Positions 11,371 through 20,630 of a stretch of 35,632 nucleotides of DNA are shown here, in pieces. Within the stretch, counting starts at the first letter, position 1. The number at the start of each line of letters is the position of its first letter. The position numbers were made by a program, and so were the translations under genes. The notes under the pieces were generated by a model. It was not told where the DNA came from, searched no databases, and saw only the letters and a program-made list of their open reading frames with translations. Origin of the DNA: Nemertoderma westbladi (lineage: Eukaryota; Animalia; Xenacoelomorpha); contig JAUCBJ010003638.1 of the NCBI GenBank assembly GCA_032718475.1, forward strand, positions 1-35,632, given 5' to 3'.

Positions 11371-12452
11371 GGGCAGTTTTCGTTCGATCAGCAATAGGCC
11401 TAACTATACAAAATGTAGTATTATTGCCTAGTAACCAATTCATAGCTACTGTATGGTTTTCACTTTGAGACATTTCGCCCTCTAGCGGCAGACTAGGGAA
11501 CTTCAGACTACTATGTGACTCCGCAAAAAGATATAGCCTATATTGTAATAGATACCGACTGGGGGGTCAAAATTAAGTAATAATATATCTAAAAAAGTCT
11601 CAAACATCTTGCCTCATGGCTCGCCCCTCAGAACTCTTAAGCAATATACTGTAGCTTCATAGTTTTTAGGGAAAACTGGTAAACGAGATTTGTTACTTAC
11701 GCATACCTCGCAGACTTAAGTAATTAATTATACAGTAGGTTAGATCGTTTTGAGAGTAGGACCATTGGAAAGAGTCGAATACCCCAGTACAAATAAAATT
11801 AATAAAGATTAACAGGATATAGCTTGTTATAATAAAACATAAATTATAATACAGTAGAACAATTAGGGTTGTAAATAAAAACAAATTCAATAAATTGAAG
11901 ATAAACTGTATATAACTTATGTATTAAAAGAGGGCCTTATTTAATTATGTGCGGTCAGGCGCGCAGGCTGCTTCACAACACAATGTGAAAGAATGCAATC
12001 TATTGCAAACCAGATGTATATTTTAATTTCTCAGGCGATTTGACAATGGTCGTATGGTACATAAAACTACAGTATCTAGTATAGAAATGGTTGAGGATTA
12101 AATATTTTAAAGTTCGTGGCAGCCCCCACCTACGCGTTGACATGCAGTATAACTCAATATAGGATTCAATGGGGTTAGTCATGCTACGTCTAATAAGAGC
12201 CCAAACAGCCTCAGATTATTGAGGGGTTGAACCAGGACCAAACTGGCCCATTTTATTTTCGTGTGAGGGTAATTTATGTTTTGGGCCCCGCTCGCATCTT
12301 TTTATTTCATTCTATCATTACCTACTACTGTATGACAAAAAAAATACAAATGTATTGTATATTTTATCTACTGTAGTACAATCTATTCATCGCGCGTCCC
12401 TATCTGATTGATTTGTGCCAAATTAAATTGCCTTAGGCAACATTATTTGATA

Positions 12453-12482
12453 CGATTAAACAATTAATTAATTGTTTAATCG
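12453..12482. repeat. Perfect 30-bp AT-rich palindrome
   Basis: cgattaaacaattaattaattgtttaatcg equals its own reverse complement; a partial copy follows at ~12486-12512. Confidence 0.95.
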
Positions 12483-12584
12483 ACCAATTAATTAATTGTT
12501 TAATTAATTAATGACCTACTTAACACCTAAGGTGTGAAGTTGGACCAACTGTCGCCGAAGAGGGGTTCATCTTACTACATCACA

Positions 12585-12679
12585 ATATTATGCACTGGCT
12601 GGTCCTCATGGCGAAAGCAATGGTCAGGTCAGCGGTTCAGGTCAAGTGTCAAGCTAAGGAAGACTAATGGATGTTTCAT
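12585..12679 (-). mobile_element. RTE-clade LINE fragment (left part, split by the Penelope insertion)
   Basis: tgcact..gctggtcctca..gcgg..tgtcaagct aligns by eye with 16985-17075 of the longer RTE copy and continues into 16113-16330. Confidence 0.7.
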
Positions 12680-12758
12680 ATACTGATATAGGAAATATAG
12701 GTTTTCTTTTTGGAGTTATTACAGCCCTGGTGACTAACTGAGAAAACAAAACAGGTTC

Positions 12759-12805
12759 TTTATATCAATTTATTTCTGCCACTAGGGCCATCTTCAGGAT
12801 ATAAA
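12759..12805 (-). ncRNA. Minimal type I hammerhead ribozyme motif of the Penelope element
   Basis: Minus strand reads TTTATATC-CTGAAGA-TGGCCCTAGTGGCA-GAAA-TAAA-TT-GATATAAA: 8-bp stem I, CUGANGA and GAAA cores, short bulged stem II and vestigial stem III. Confidence 0.8.
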
Positions 12806-13252
12806 TCAAAACAAAACGGACAGAAACCACACCGACTACATACAGTTGCTTATATTTACATACATGTTACAATAAAAAAAATACAAAAATAGGCCTAGGT
12901 AAGTACTGAAGTAACTACAAAAAACCGCAACCAACTACAGAACTACACCACAGCGGTCATGTAGTACTGGTCTAGGTACCGGACCGGTACAGGACCCCGG
13001 GGTGGGGTGCTGCCCAATATCCCCTCCCTTGTAACTACGCGTAGTTCGTAGTTTTAGGGCCTATCCTTCTTTATATTACATATACGTGACAGCAAATTGC
13101 CTAACCAGATCCATTCAAAACAATAGTAGCAAGTAAACACGTTACGTGGGGGCTTATAGTAAATGAGCGTATTTCTACTGTACAAAATACACAATACGGC
13201 CTACAATCTGTGCGTAGTTAAGCCGCACCCTAGTTACAAATGTGACGTATAA

Positions 13253-13582
13253 CATTTAATTAGTATTGGCACCAAATAAATGAAAATATACAGTATGTAA
13301 CATGAAGCGTTCTTTACACTCATTGAGGAGCAAAACAAAATAAAATAAATTAAATATCTCCTACGAATTTTATATAATATGTTTAAAGAACTAAACTGAA
13401 AACCTTGTAAGTATTATATCCATTTAATTAGTATTGGCACCAAAATAAATGAAGATATACAGTATGTAAATTGAAACGTTTTTTACACTCATTGAGGAGC
13501 AAAACAAACTAAAATAAATTAAATTAAATATCTTCTACGAATTTTTATATATAATATGTTTAAGAACTTAAACTGAAACCTT
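13253..13582. repeat. Diverged tandem duplication, ~168-bp period, in the Penelope 3' trailer
   Basis: catttaattagtattggcacc...aaactgaaa starts at 13253 and again at 13421. Confidence 0.9.
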
Positions 13583-13860
13583 TAAACTAATTTCTAATAG
13601 ATATATTTACAATACCTAAAAATACATCGCAATATACAGTAAATAACTGAAAAACAGGAAGTATAATATCCGCACAAATTTCATATTAAATATTTCATAT
13701 ATATTAATATACTTGCCGACTCCCCCAACCTAGGGTTATCCAATATGTTGCTTAGACGCAAAATATGTAGTAAATGAGCGTATTTCTACTGTACCATAGG
13801 GTATATTAGGGTTCAAAAAATATATGTACGTAACAGTTTACTAATGAGACGTTTACTTAC

Positions 13861-14140
13861 GAGCTAGCTTCCTTTAAACTAAATTTGGGTATTAAAGCCT
13901 AAATAAATTTACAATACACAGCCCCGAAGCTTTATAATTGGTTTTTTCACGTTCCCAAAAATACGTAATCACATGCGCTTACTTTATGTTACATGTAAAT
14001 GAGCCAGATTCCTTTAAACTAAATTTGGGTATTAAAGCCTAAATAAAATTACAATACACAGCCCCGAAGCTTTATAATTGGTTTTTTCACGTTCCCAAAA
14101 ATACGTAATCACATGCGCTTACTTTATGTTACATGTAAAT
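13861..14140. repeat. Near-perfect 140-bp tandem duplication in the Penelope 3' trailer
   Basis: 13861-14000 and 14001-14140 differ at only a few positions. Confidence 0.95.
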
Positions 14141-14210
14141 CAGTTTATATGATTGATATAATAGTTTCACCACCAAATAAGAGCGGAACCGCTCGGTAAT
14201 TATATGGTGT

Positions 14211-16112
14211 TCAAATTGCGGGTTTAGACGCATTCCATGGCGGTTTAAACCTGTATATGTAATTTGCCTCGGCATGGATCCTACTCGAGTCATCCCTGAA
14301 CCTCCGGAAAGCCGTCACTCTCAGGTTCGATATTGGGCAAGACAGGAAATGCTCAAGAAGGATATACTCGACGTTGTCGCATACATCCGGTTCAGCTTCC
14401 CTTCTGTAAGCCCTCATGGTCGACCTGTGTTTCGACAGTCGTTCCCGCAGGGCTTGCTCGGTTTGACCGATGTAGAAACCTTCACCGTGAGCTGTACACG
14501 TTAAAATATAAAGAACGTTAACCGATAGACAATTGAAAGACCCTGTAATCCCCTCCCCCCACGGAGTTTCTTTAAAGTCCCTCATTGAATTACATGTTAA
14601 ACATCTAGCCCTCCCATACGGTCGGTTCCCCCTCTCCCCCCCTCCCCCCCTTTTCTCTACTAACATATTCCCCAAGTTTCTACCGGGCGTCGGTGTCATA
14701 GTGACGCTGAAACCCTCCCTGTTTAGTGCCTCCCTATGCTGTCTGATGGTATTCCTCGTTGGTCCTGCATAGCGCATGTCCATCGAGAAATATGAGACGT
14801 CCATGTCCCGTTCCTTTTCCACCCTACACCTCCCCGCCCCGGGTTTAAACTTCCCATCTACCGCCAGTCTCCTTAATCTTTCCAACAGTGCCCGTGGATA
14901 ACCCGAAATCAAACAATCTGTCAGATATCTGTCAACGGCGATATTCAACGCCTCCCCCCCTCCCGTGAGTCTGACGTATCTTTGTAATTGGCCCGACACT
15001 ACCGCCTCCAACATCCTTGCACTATGGAAACTCGAATACGGAATCGGTAATTTCCTCGACAAGGGTTTAAAATGCACCCCAGTGGTAATTCGGCCGTCCA
15101 CGTTCCTAGATAACTCCATATCAAGGAAAACTGCTCGTTCCGTCGAAAATTCAACTGTAAAGGCTATTCCCGGAGTCCCAAATACGTTACGACAACCGGC
15201 ATTGTATCGTTCTTTTATATCTTCCTTCTCGCTCGCCGTTAACCGTCCCGCGAAAATTCCTTGGCCGTCATCCACGAACGTGCGGAAGTATAAAGCGCTG
15301 TACAAGGAAATTAAATTAACATGCGAATGGATGCGGTCTACCGCTATAACGGCGATAGATTTACCCGCCGGTCCCCCCATCCCCAATCCCTTAATCAAAA
15401 CATAATATAAACGTTTGTGAGAAAAATACGTATGCTCGATGACGTATTTTAATAATAAAGCTATTTGTTGTATCGAGTAACCAGTTTCTTCGCATAAATC
15501 CTCATTTTCCCTTATCACGGCGTCCACTGTGGCGAGGGCTACTTCGTGCGACACCGACGGATACATATCCACGACGTCTAATGACATAAACGTTGCGCTC
15601 TCCAACGGTTCAGATGGTAGGAAGGATCGGGCCGATGCGGAATCCTTAGTGAAGTGAGGCATACGTTCCAAGAGGGGTTGTATAATGGAGTTCAAAAGTT
15701 TCGCTGGACGTTCCGATAGAGTTCTGCGCGTAGCTATAATTGGTCTCGCTTTTGGTGCTTTGATTCCATCGCCCCAGTCCAACCAGGTGTCGACTTCTTT
15801 GTGATCCTTGAAGAGGGGGTACATATATCCCTCAGATGGATGTCTGGGTACCAAATACCGTTTCAACGATTCATCTTTGATATTCATATCTTTAATAGTC
15901 CTAATTAGGTCGGCGCGAAATCTACTCGTTGGGTCATACTCCAGTTTGCGATAAGTTGATTCGTCGGCTAAAATTCTCTCTAGCTCCGCTTCCTTCACGC
16001 GAGTATCCACGATAATGACGTTCCCGGTTTTATCACCGCGGACGATTGATATGTCTCCATTCTTCTTTAAACCACGGATTTCCCTAAGTTGGTTTGCGCT
16101 AAGGTTTGTTTC
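14211..16112 (-). CDS. Penelope-type reverse transcriptase with C-terminal GIY-YIG endonuclease (5'-truncated, uninterrupted frame)
   Basis: Motifs NLS...IVRGDKTGNVIIVD, KARPII, SLDVVDMYPSV, GLGMGGP, RTFVDDG, FLDM, HFKP...YSSFH, Cys linker RCLTC...FNC and NVLYILTC...FYIGQT...RLSKH...EANYI...WN. Confidence 0.93.
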   Translation of the reverse strand, partial: ETNLSANQLREIRGLKKNGDISIVRGDKTGNVIIVDTRVKEAELERILADESTYRKLEYDPTSRFRADLIRTIKDMNIKDESLKRYLVPRHPSEGYMYPLFKDHKEVDTWLDWGDGIKAPKARPIIATRRTLSERPAKLLNSIIQPLLERMPHFTKDSASARSFLPSEPLESATFMSLDVVDMYPSVSHEVALATVDAVIRENEDLCEETGYSIQQIALLLKYVIEHTYFSHKRLYYVLIKGLGMGGPAGKSIAVIAVDRIHSHVNLISLYSALYFRTFVDDGQGIFAGRLTASEKEDIKERYNAGCRNVFGTPGIAFTVEFSTERAVFLDMELSRNVDGRITTGVHFKPLSRKLPIPYSSFHSARMLEAVVSGQLQRYVRLTGGGEALNIAVDRYLTDCLISGYPRALLERLRRLAVDGKFKPGAGRCRVEKERDMDVSYFSMDMRYAGPTRNTIRQHREALNREGFSVTMTPTPGRNLGNMLVEKRGGGGERGNRPYGRARCLTCNSMRDFKETPWGEGITGSFNCLSVNVLYILTCTAHGEGFYIGQTEQALRERLSKHRSTMRAYRREAEPDVCDNVEYILLEHFLSCPISNLRVTAFRRFRDDSSRIHAEANYIYRFKPPWNASKPAI

Positions 16113-16330
16113 GGATGTTTCATCCAATGTTGTATAGAGTCTGATTGGAGATGTGATCATTGTACACAATGAACCCGGCGCATCATTCTAGTGAAAGTGT
16201 CATCCATAGATTTGGTATCCTCTGCAGTTAGAAGCCAGCAAAGACTCCCATATACGAGTACTGGTTCTACTGCTGCTTTAAAGAGAATCGAACCTTTAGA
16301 TTCCGTTTTATCTTTAGACTCCCTATTTTT
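16113..16330 (-). mobile_element. RTE-clade LINE fragment (right part)
   Basis: LFKAAVEPVLVYGSLCWLLTAEDTKSMDDTFTRMMRRV; a diverged copy of ~17085-17290. Confidence 0.85.
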
Positions 16331-16650
16331 ATAACTGTTTGCGCTGTCTGGATTGTGGTCATCCTGACACACCTGCTGTTGGAATCTAATTCATGTTCAC
16401 CATCTTCCGTCAGCATTGATTGCTCGTCATTTACCCCGCTATTGATTGCCATAGAATCCGGTAGAGTATCATACTCAAGATTGATGCTATGAGAATCCGT
16501 AGGCCTAAGAGATAAAACAATCCCTACCCAATTAATATTGGCTCAACACTTTCTACAATTACCGATTGAAGTCCTGTGCCATCATCATCTCTGATATTGT
16601 TGTTGTAGGCTTCTAAAACAGATAAATCTCGATTCGTCATTGCTTCACCA

Positions 16651-16692
16651 TGAACATCTTCGCTACACTCACTACTGATTGAACATAGCTAA
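16651..16692. repeat. Remnant of the 30-bp minisatellite
   Basis: tgaacatcttcgctacactcactactgattgaacat matches the units at 18045-18135 and 18807-18981. Confidence 0.7.
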
Positions 16693-16796
16693 ACTAAACT
16701 CTATAATCGGCCTGTTGCTTTGAAACTGTGTCATTGAGATGCTGGCTTAACAAAAATATTTTGCTACCATCATGCAATCCACAATTGATAAGCCCA

Positions 16797-18030
16797 ATGC
16801 AGGGTGCATTAAGAATGCTATGCCGGCTTGTCAACAAAATTTCACCGCCACAACTCCCTATCCCCCATGACATTCGCGAGACTATTCGCATCTACAAAAC
16901 CAGTGTCCTTTAAGAGGCGTCTCACAAAAGTCATGGGCTGTCAACCATGGTTATTTTCTCCATGGGACTGCCATAGCATAAGATTGTGCACTGCACATGC
17001 TGGTCCTCACTGGGAAAATAATCTCCTGCAAAGCGGATGCGGCTTTGTTCAATTGTCAAGCTTGGGGGAACCAATGAGACACCTCCAATGTTATATAATG
17101 TCTGATTGGAGATGTGTGTGCATTGTACTTGACACAATGAACCCGGCGTAGCATTCTTGTGAATGTGCCATCCAGAGATTTGGTGTCCTCAGCAGTTAGA
17201 GCCAAGCATGGACTCCTATAGAGGAGTACTGGAACTACTGCTGCTCTAAATAATCGGACCTTAAGTTTCAGATTAATTCTCTGTGACTTCCAAATCCTGG
17301 AAAGCCTATTCAAGGCTGCCCAGGCCTTTCCCTTACGTATTCGAAGGTCCGATGATCCCAAGTAACAGAAGTCGTCCACATGCACAAGCATACCATTCTT
17401 TGAGGTTATGCACATACGAACAGATATTTCCTGAGGACTTTCAAAATTAACTGTTAAAATTTTGGCCTTCTTGAGTTAACAGAAAGACCAACACTTGAAG
17501 CAGCCTGTTCTAATGAGGTGAGGAGCTGTTCGGCTCCTTCTAGTGATTCTGAGTGTACTCCTAATTCATTAGCAAAGTCTAGATCAGTTAGGTACTTGGC
17601 AGGATTTCCTCGACTTCTTGAGCCAGTAGATAGAGGTACCATCACCCCATCATCATTATGATGATCTAAGGACATTAGTAGAACATAGTCAACCACAATT
17701 ATGAACAAGAATGGCGCAAGTGTTTCACCCTGGACGACTCTCCATAACATTTCGAATGGTTCTGTCTCACTGTCAACAGTTACTGTTGACGGTTGACTTG
17801 AAAAATAGAACAAATGTCTTTGAACCATCTTACTAATCTGATTGCTGCAAAAATTCCATCAGAAATCCCATATAATGAAAGTATGCTGAACATACGTGAG
17901 CGAGAGACTGAATCAAAGGGCTTGACGAAGTCAACAAAGCTAACAGCCAGATGTCTGTCTTTCTTTTTGGACAACTCTTCAATTATCCTTCTAAGTGAAA
18001 AAATGGGCTACATGGTCCCACGACCTTTAT
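16797..18030 (-). mobile_element. Decayed RTE-clade LINE, RT through C-terminus, multiple frameshifts
   Basis: FVDFVKPFDSV, VVQGETLAPFLFIIVVDYVL, LDFANEL (degenerate FADD), VDDFCYLGS, KAWAALNRLSRIWKS, LDGTFTRMLRRV, HISNQTLY, RIRFAG and LLKDTG...MGDRELW. Confidence 0.9.
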
Positions 18031-18044
18031 ACGGAACCCAAAGT

Positions 18045-18135
18045 ATCTCCAGCTACACTCACAACTGATTGAACATCGTCAGCTACAATCACTACTGGTT
18101 GAACATATCCAGCTACAATGACAACCGGTTGATCA
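18045..18135. repeat. 30-bp minisatellite, about three units
   Basis: ccagctacactcactaccggttgaacatct-like units. Confidence 0.85.
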
Positions 18136-18742
18136 TGTGACGGGACTGACGGAGTTGGCAGTATCAGCTCCCGACCGGTGTAGGTTGTACGCGTCGTCAC
18201 GTTTGTAAGCTGCTGGCTGAATGCTGGATACGTTAGGCCGAAGGCCGTTGAAAAACAAAGAGTTAAATTATCAGTGTTTATAATCACAGCGGTTGATAAT
18301 AGCACAGTCTGAATATAATAATATGCAATGCAAAATAACAGTAACAATGATATAGTAACAACGTAATAACGACGGTCAAAAACTATTCCGGTCTCACACC
18401 GTAAGGGAATCAACTAACTCAACTAACTAATAATCAGTGATTACAAGAGTTATATCATTGACACATATTGGTTTTAGCCCTACACTACTGGGCAGCCTCT
18501 AATACCCAATGGATGCGCTCTTGTCCTCCCCAATGTGCTTTCCTGCCCGCTATTGGCTTATATACTAATTGTCACTTCGCCACTCCCTGTTGGTGTTACC
18601 CCTTGGTGCTAGCCTCACTAGCTGGTTTCTCCCTCTGAGTTGGTTTGACCTCTCACCTCTCTCTGTGGCTTACGGCGTGTATCCCCCCCCCCCCCCCCCC
18701 CCCAGTTGGTTATGAGGTGAGATTATTATTGGTCATCTCACA
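18136..18742. mobile_element. 607-bp solo-LTR-like insertion with TGTGA...TCACA termini
   Basis: 5-bp terminal inverted repeat with TG..CA ends. Removing it restores a minisatellite unit (ttgatca|tcgtcagcta). No 4-6 bp TSD is visible. Confidence 0.5.
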
Positions 18743-18806
18743 TCGTCAGCTATATTTGTAAAATGCCACTAGTCCCTTTTTCGGTGGGTAGTGCATGTAA
18801 TTGAAT

Positions 18807-18981
18807 TCACTACCAGTTGAACATCTCCAGCTATACTCACTACCGGTTGAACATCTCCAGCGACACACACAACCGGTTGAACATCTCCAGTTACACTCAC
18901 TACCACTTGAACAGCTCCAGTTACACTCAGTTCTGGTTGAACATCTTCAGCTACACTCACTACTAGAGGATATCTACAGCT
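18807..18981. repeat. 30-bp minisatellite, five to six units
   Basis: Clear 30-nt period of taccggttgaacatctccagctacactcac. Confidence 0.92.
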
Positions 18982-19024
18982 CTATAAAGTAACTTGTAAT
19001 GGTCCAGTAGACTTGTAAATAATC

Positions 19025-19239
19025 TTGTACTTTGGAAGTCTCATGGAGTGAATAAGCATGGTGGACAGCCCATGACTTTCTCGAGACGCATCTCAAAGGA
19101 CACTGGCCTTGAAGATGCGGATGATCTAGCAAATGTCATGGGTGATAAGGAGTTGTGGGGGTATAATTTTGTGGACAAGCCGGCACAGCATTCTTAAAAT
19201 GCACCTGCAATACAGCGTGCCGATCCTAGTAGTAGTAGT
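19025..19239 (+). mobile_element. Short 3'-end copy of the RTE LINE with (TAG)n tail
   Basis: Aligns by eye with the reverse complement of ~16797-16980 (gacagcccatgacttt...aaaggacactgg...gacaagccggca) and ends in tagtagtagtag. Confidence 0.85.
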
Positions 19240-19478
19240 GTAAATGGATCCCCCCCCCCCCCCCCCCCCACCCCCAGATTTTAATAAGCCTTATAAATAA
19301 AATTAGAATAAGCTTAAATAAGCTTTACACCTTTCCAGCTATTTAAATATACTGTTAGGTGTTGAGTAGGCAACCTATTCATTTAATACTAATACCATAG
19401 ACCTACTTCAAAACTCACTCCATTAATTATTTCAAGGCCAATTATCCTATCATAGTGTGGCAAACAAACGGGCATTTT

Positions 19479-19795
19479 CGGGGTTTTATCAGAACGAATC
19501 ATTAAAAGTCCCTCTGGCATTTAACTAATAAGAAACCCCCCAATATCTAATTTAAGGGGTTTTATCAGAAATTAAATCCCATATTGAAGGTGCTTAAACA
19601 GAGTTTTTTCCTATTTAGGTGGTTTTAACAGATCAAGCGATTTTTCGACGGGATCTTATTTTGAGTTTTTCTCGGTTTAAGGCTGTTTTAACTTCTGGGG
19701 TTTTGTCAGAAGGTGGATATCAATCTAAGGTACCAGAAACACCAAAAACCTGAAAGTGGCCAAAAATCGACTTAAGGGGTTTTACCAGATTACCC
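19479..19795. repeat. Dispersed GGGGTTTTATCAGA-like motifs, possibly a DNA-transposon subterminal arm
   Basis: About five spaced copies (near 19480, 19556, 19620, 19697, 19776); the last ends in gattaccc. Confidence 0.5.
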
Positions 19796-19920
19796 ACGAT
19801 AATAAATTTGGTAAATAGGTACCCAAGGTGTATTAATGATATTTATTTGCACTTGCACTGTTGTAACCCATGACTGCAATATTGTCCCATAATTCTAAAT
19901 AAAATGCTCACGCAAAATGC

Positions 19921-20400
19921 AATATTTTATTCTCGATATTTTTCAACATTCGATATTTTAACTCTCGATATTTTTACTCTCTATATTTTTCAACACTCGA
20001 TATTTTTACTCTCGATTAACACTCGATATTTTTACTCTCGATTAACACTCGATATTTTTCAACACTTGATATTTTTCATCTCGCGTTATTTTTACTCTCG
20101 ATATTTTTTAATCACATTAATTTCCAACACTCATTATTTTTACTCTCGATATTTTTCAACACTCGATATTTTTACTCTCGATATTTTTCAACACTCGATA
20201 TTTTTACTCTCGATATTTTTTAACACACTATATTTTTCAACACTCATTATTTTCGATAATTTTCATCTCGCGTTATTTTTACTCTCGATATTTTTTAATC
20301 ATGCTAATTTTCAACACTCGTTATTTTTACTCTCGATATTTTTACTCTCGTTATTTTTACTCTCTATATTTTTCAAGTCTCGATATTTTTCCCCATTACC
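19921..20400. repeat. T-rich 15-18-bp tandem array (ctcgatatttttact / ctcgatatttttcaaca)
   Basis: Directly visible repeats of CTCGATATTTTT; the array ends in ccccattacc. Confidence 0.9.
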
Positions 20401-20630
20401 GTTTACAGCGAGACTATTTTCTAGAGAATTAATTTTTGTATAGATAGAGTGTACAAGGCGCGTACGAGAAAAGCGAGATTGAGGAGTTTGGCGGAAGGCT
20501 CGCGAGCCTACCATTCTATTGGATCTCTCACGACCAATTGGAACCAAAGGAGATGACACCCAACTCTTCGATAGCATTACCTTCGCTCAATGCTTGTCGC
20601 AGAGGCTACAGATAGATACCTCACGTAGAG

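Larger units (their letters stand above)
12680..16112 (-). mobile_element. 5'-truncated Penelope-like element (Neptune-like) with 11-bp target-site duplication
   Basis: Flanked by ggatgtttcat at 12669-12679 and 16113-16123, and the flanks rejoin as contiguous RTE sequence. Contains the RT plus GIY-YIG frame and a ~1.5-kb 3' trailer with a hammerhead motif. Confidence 0.92.

Noticed and set aside
14274-15405. Plus-strand ORFs overlapping the Penelope gene
   Set aside because: Antisense shadows with no recognisable motifs.
18683-19275. Two long poly-C tracts
   Set aside because: Simple homopolymers of uncertain length with no evident structure.
19904-20443. 179-aa Phe/Ile/Leu-rich ORF resembling a membrane protein
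   Set aside because: Translation of the T-rich tandem array.
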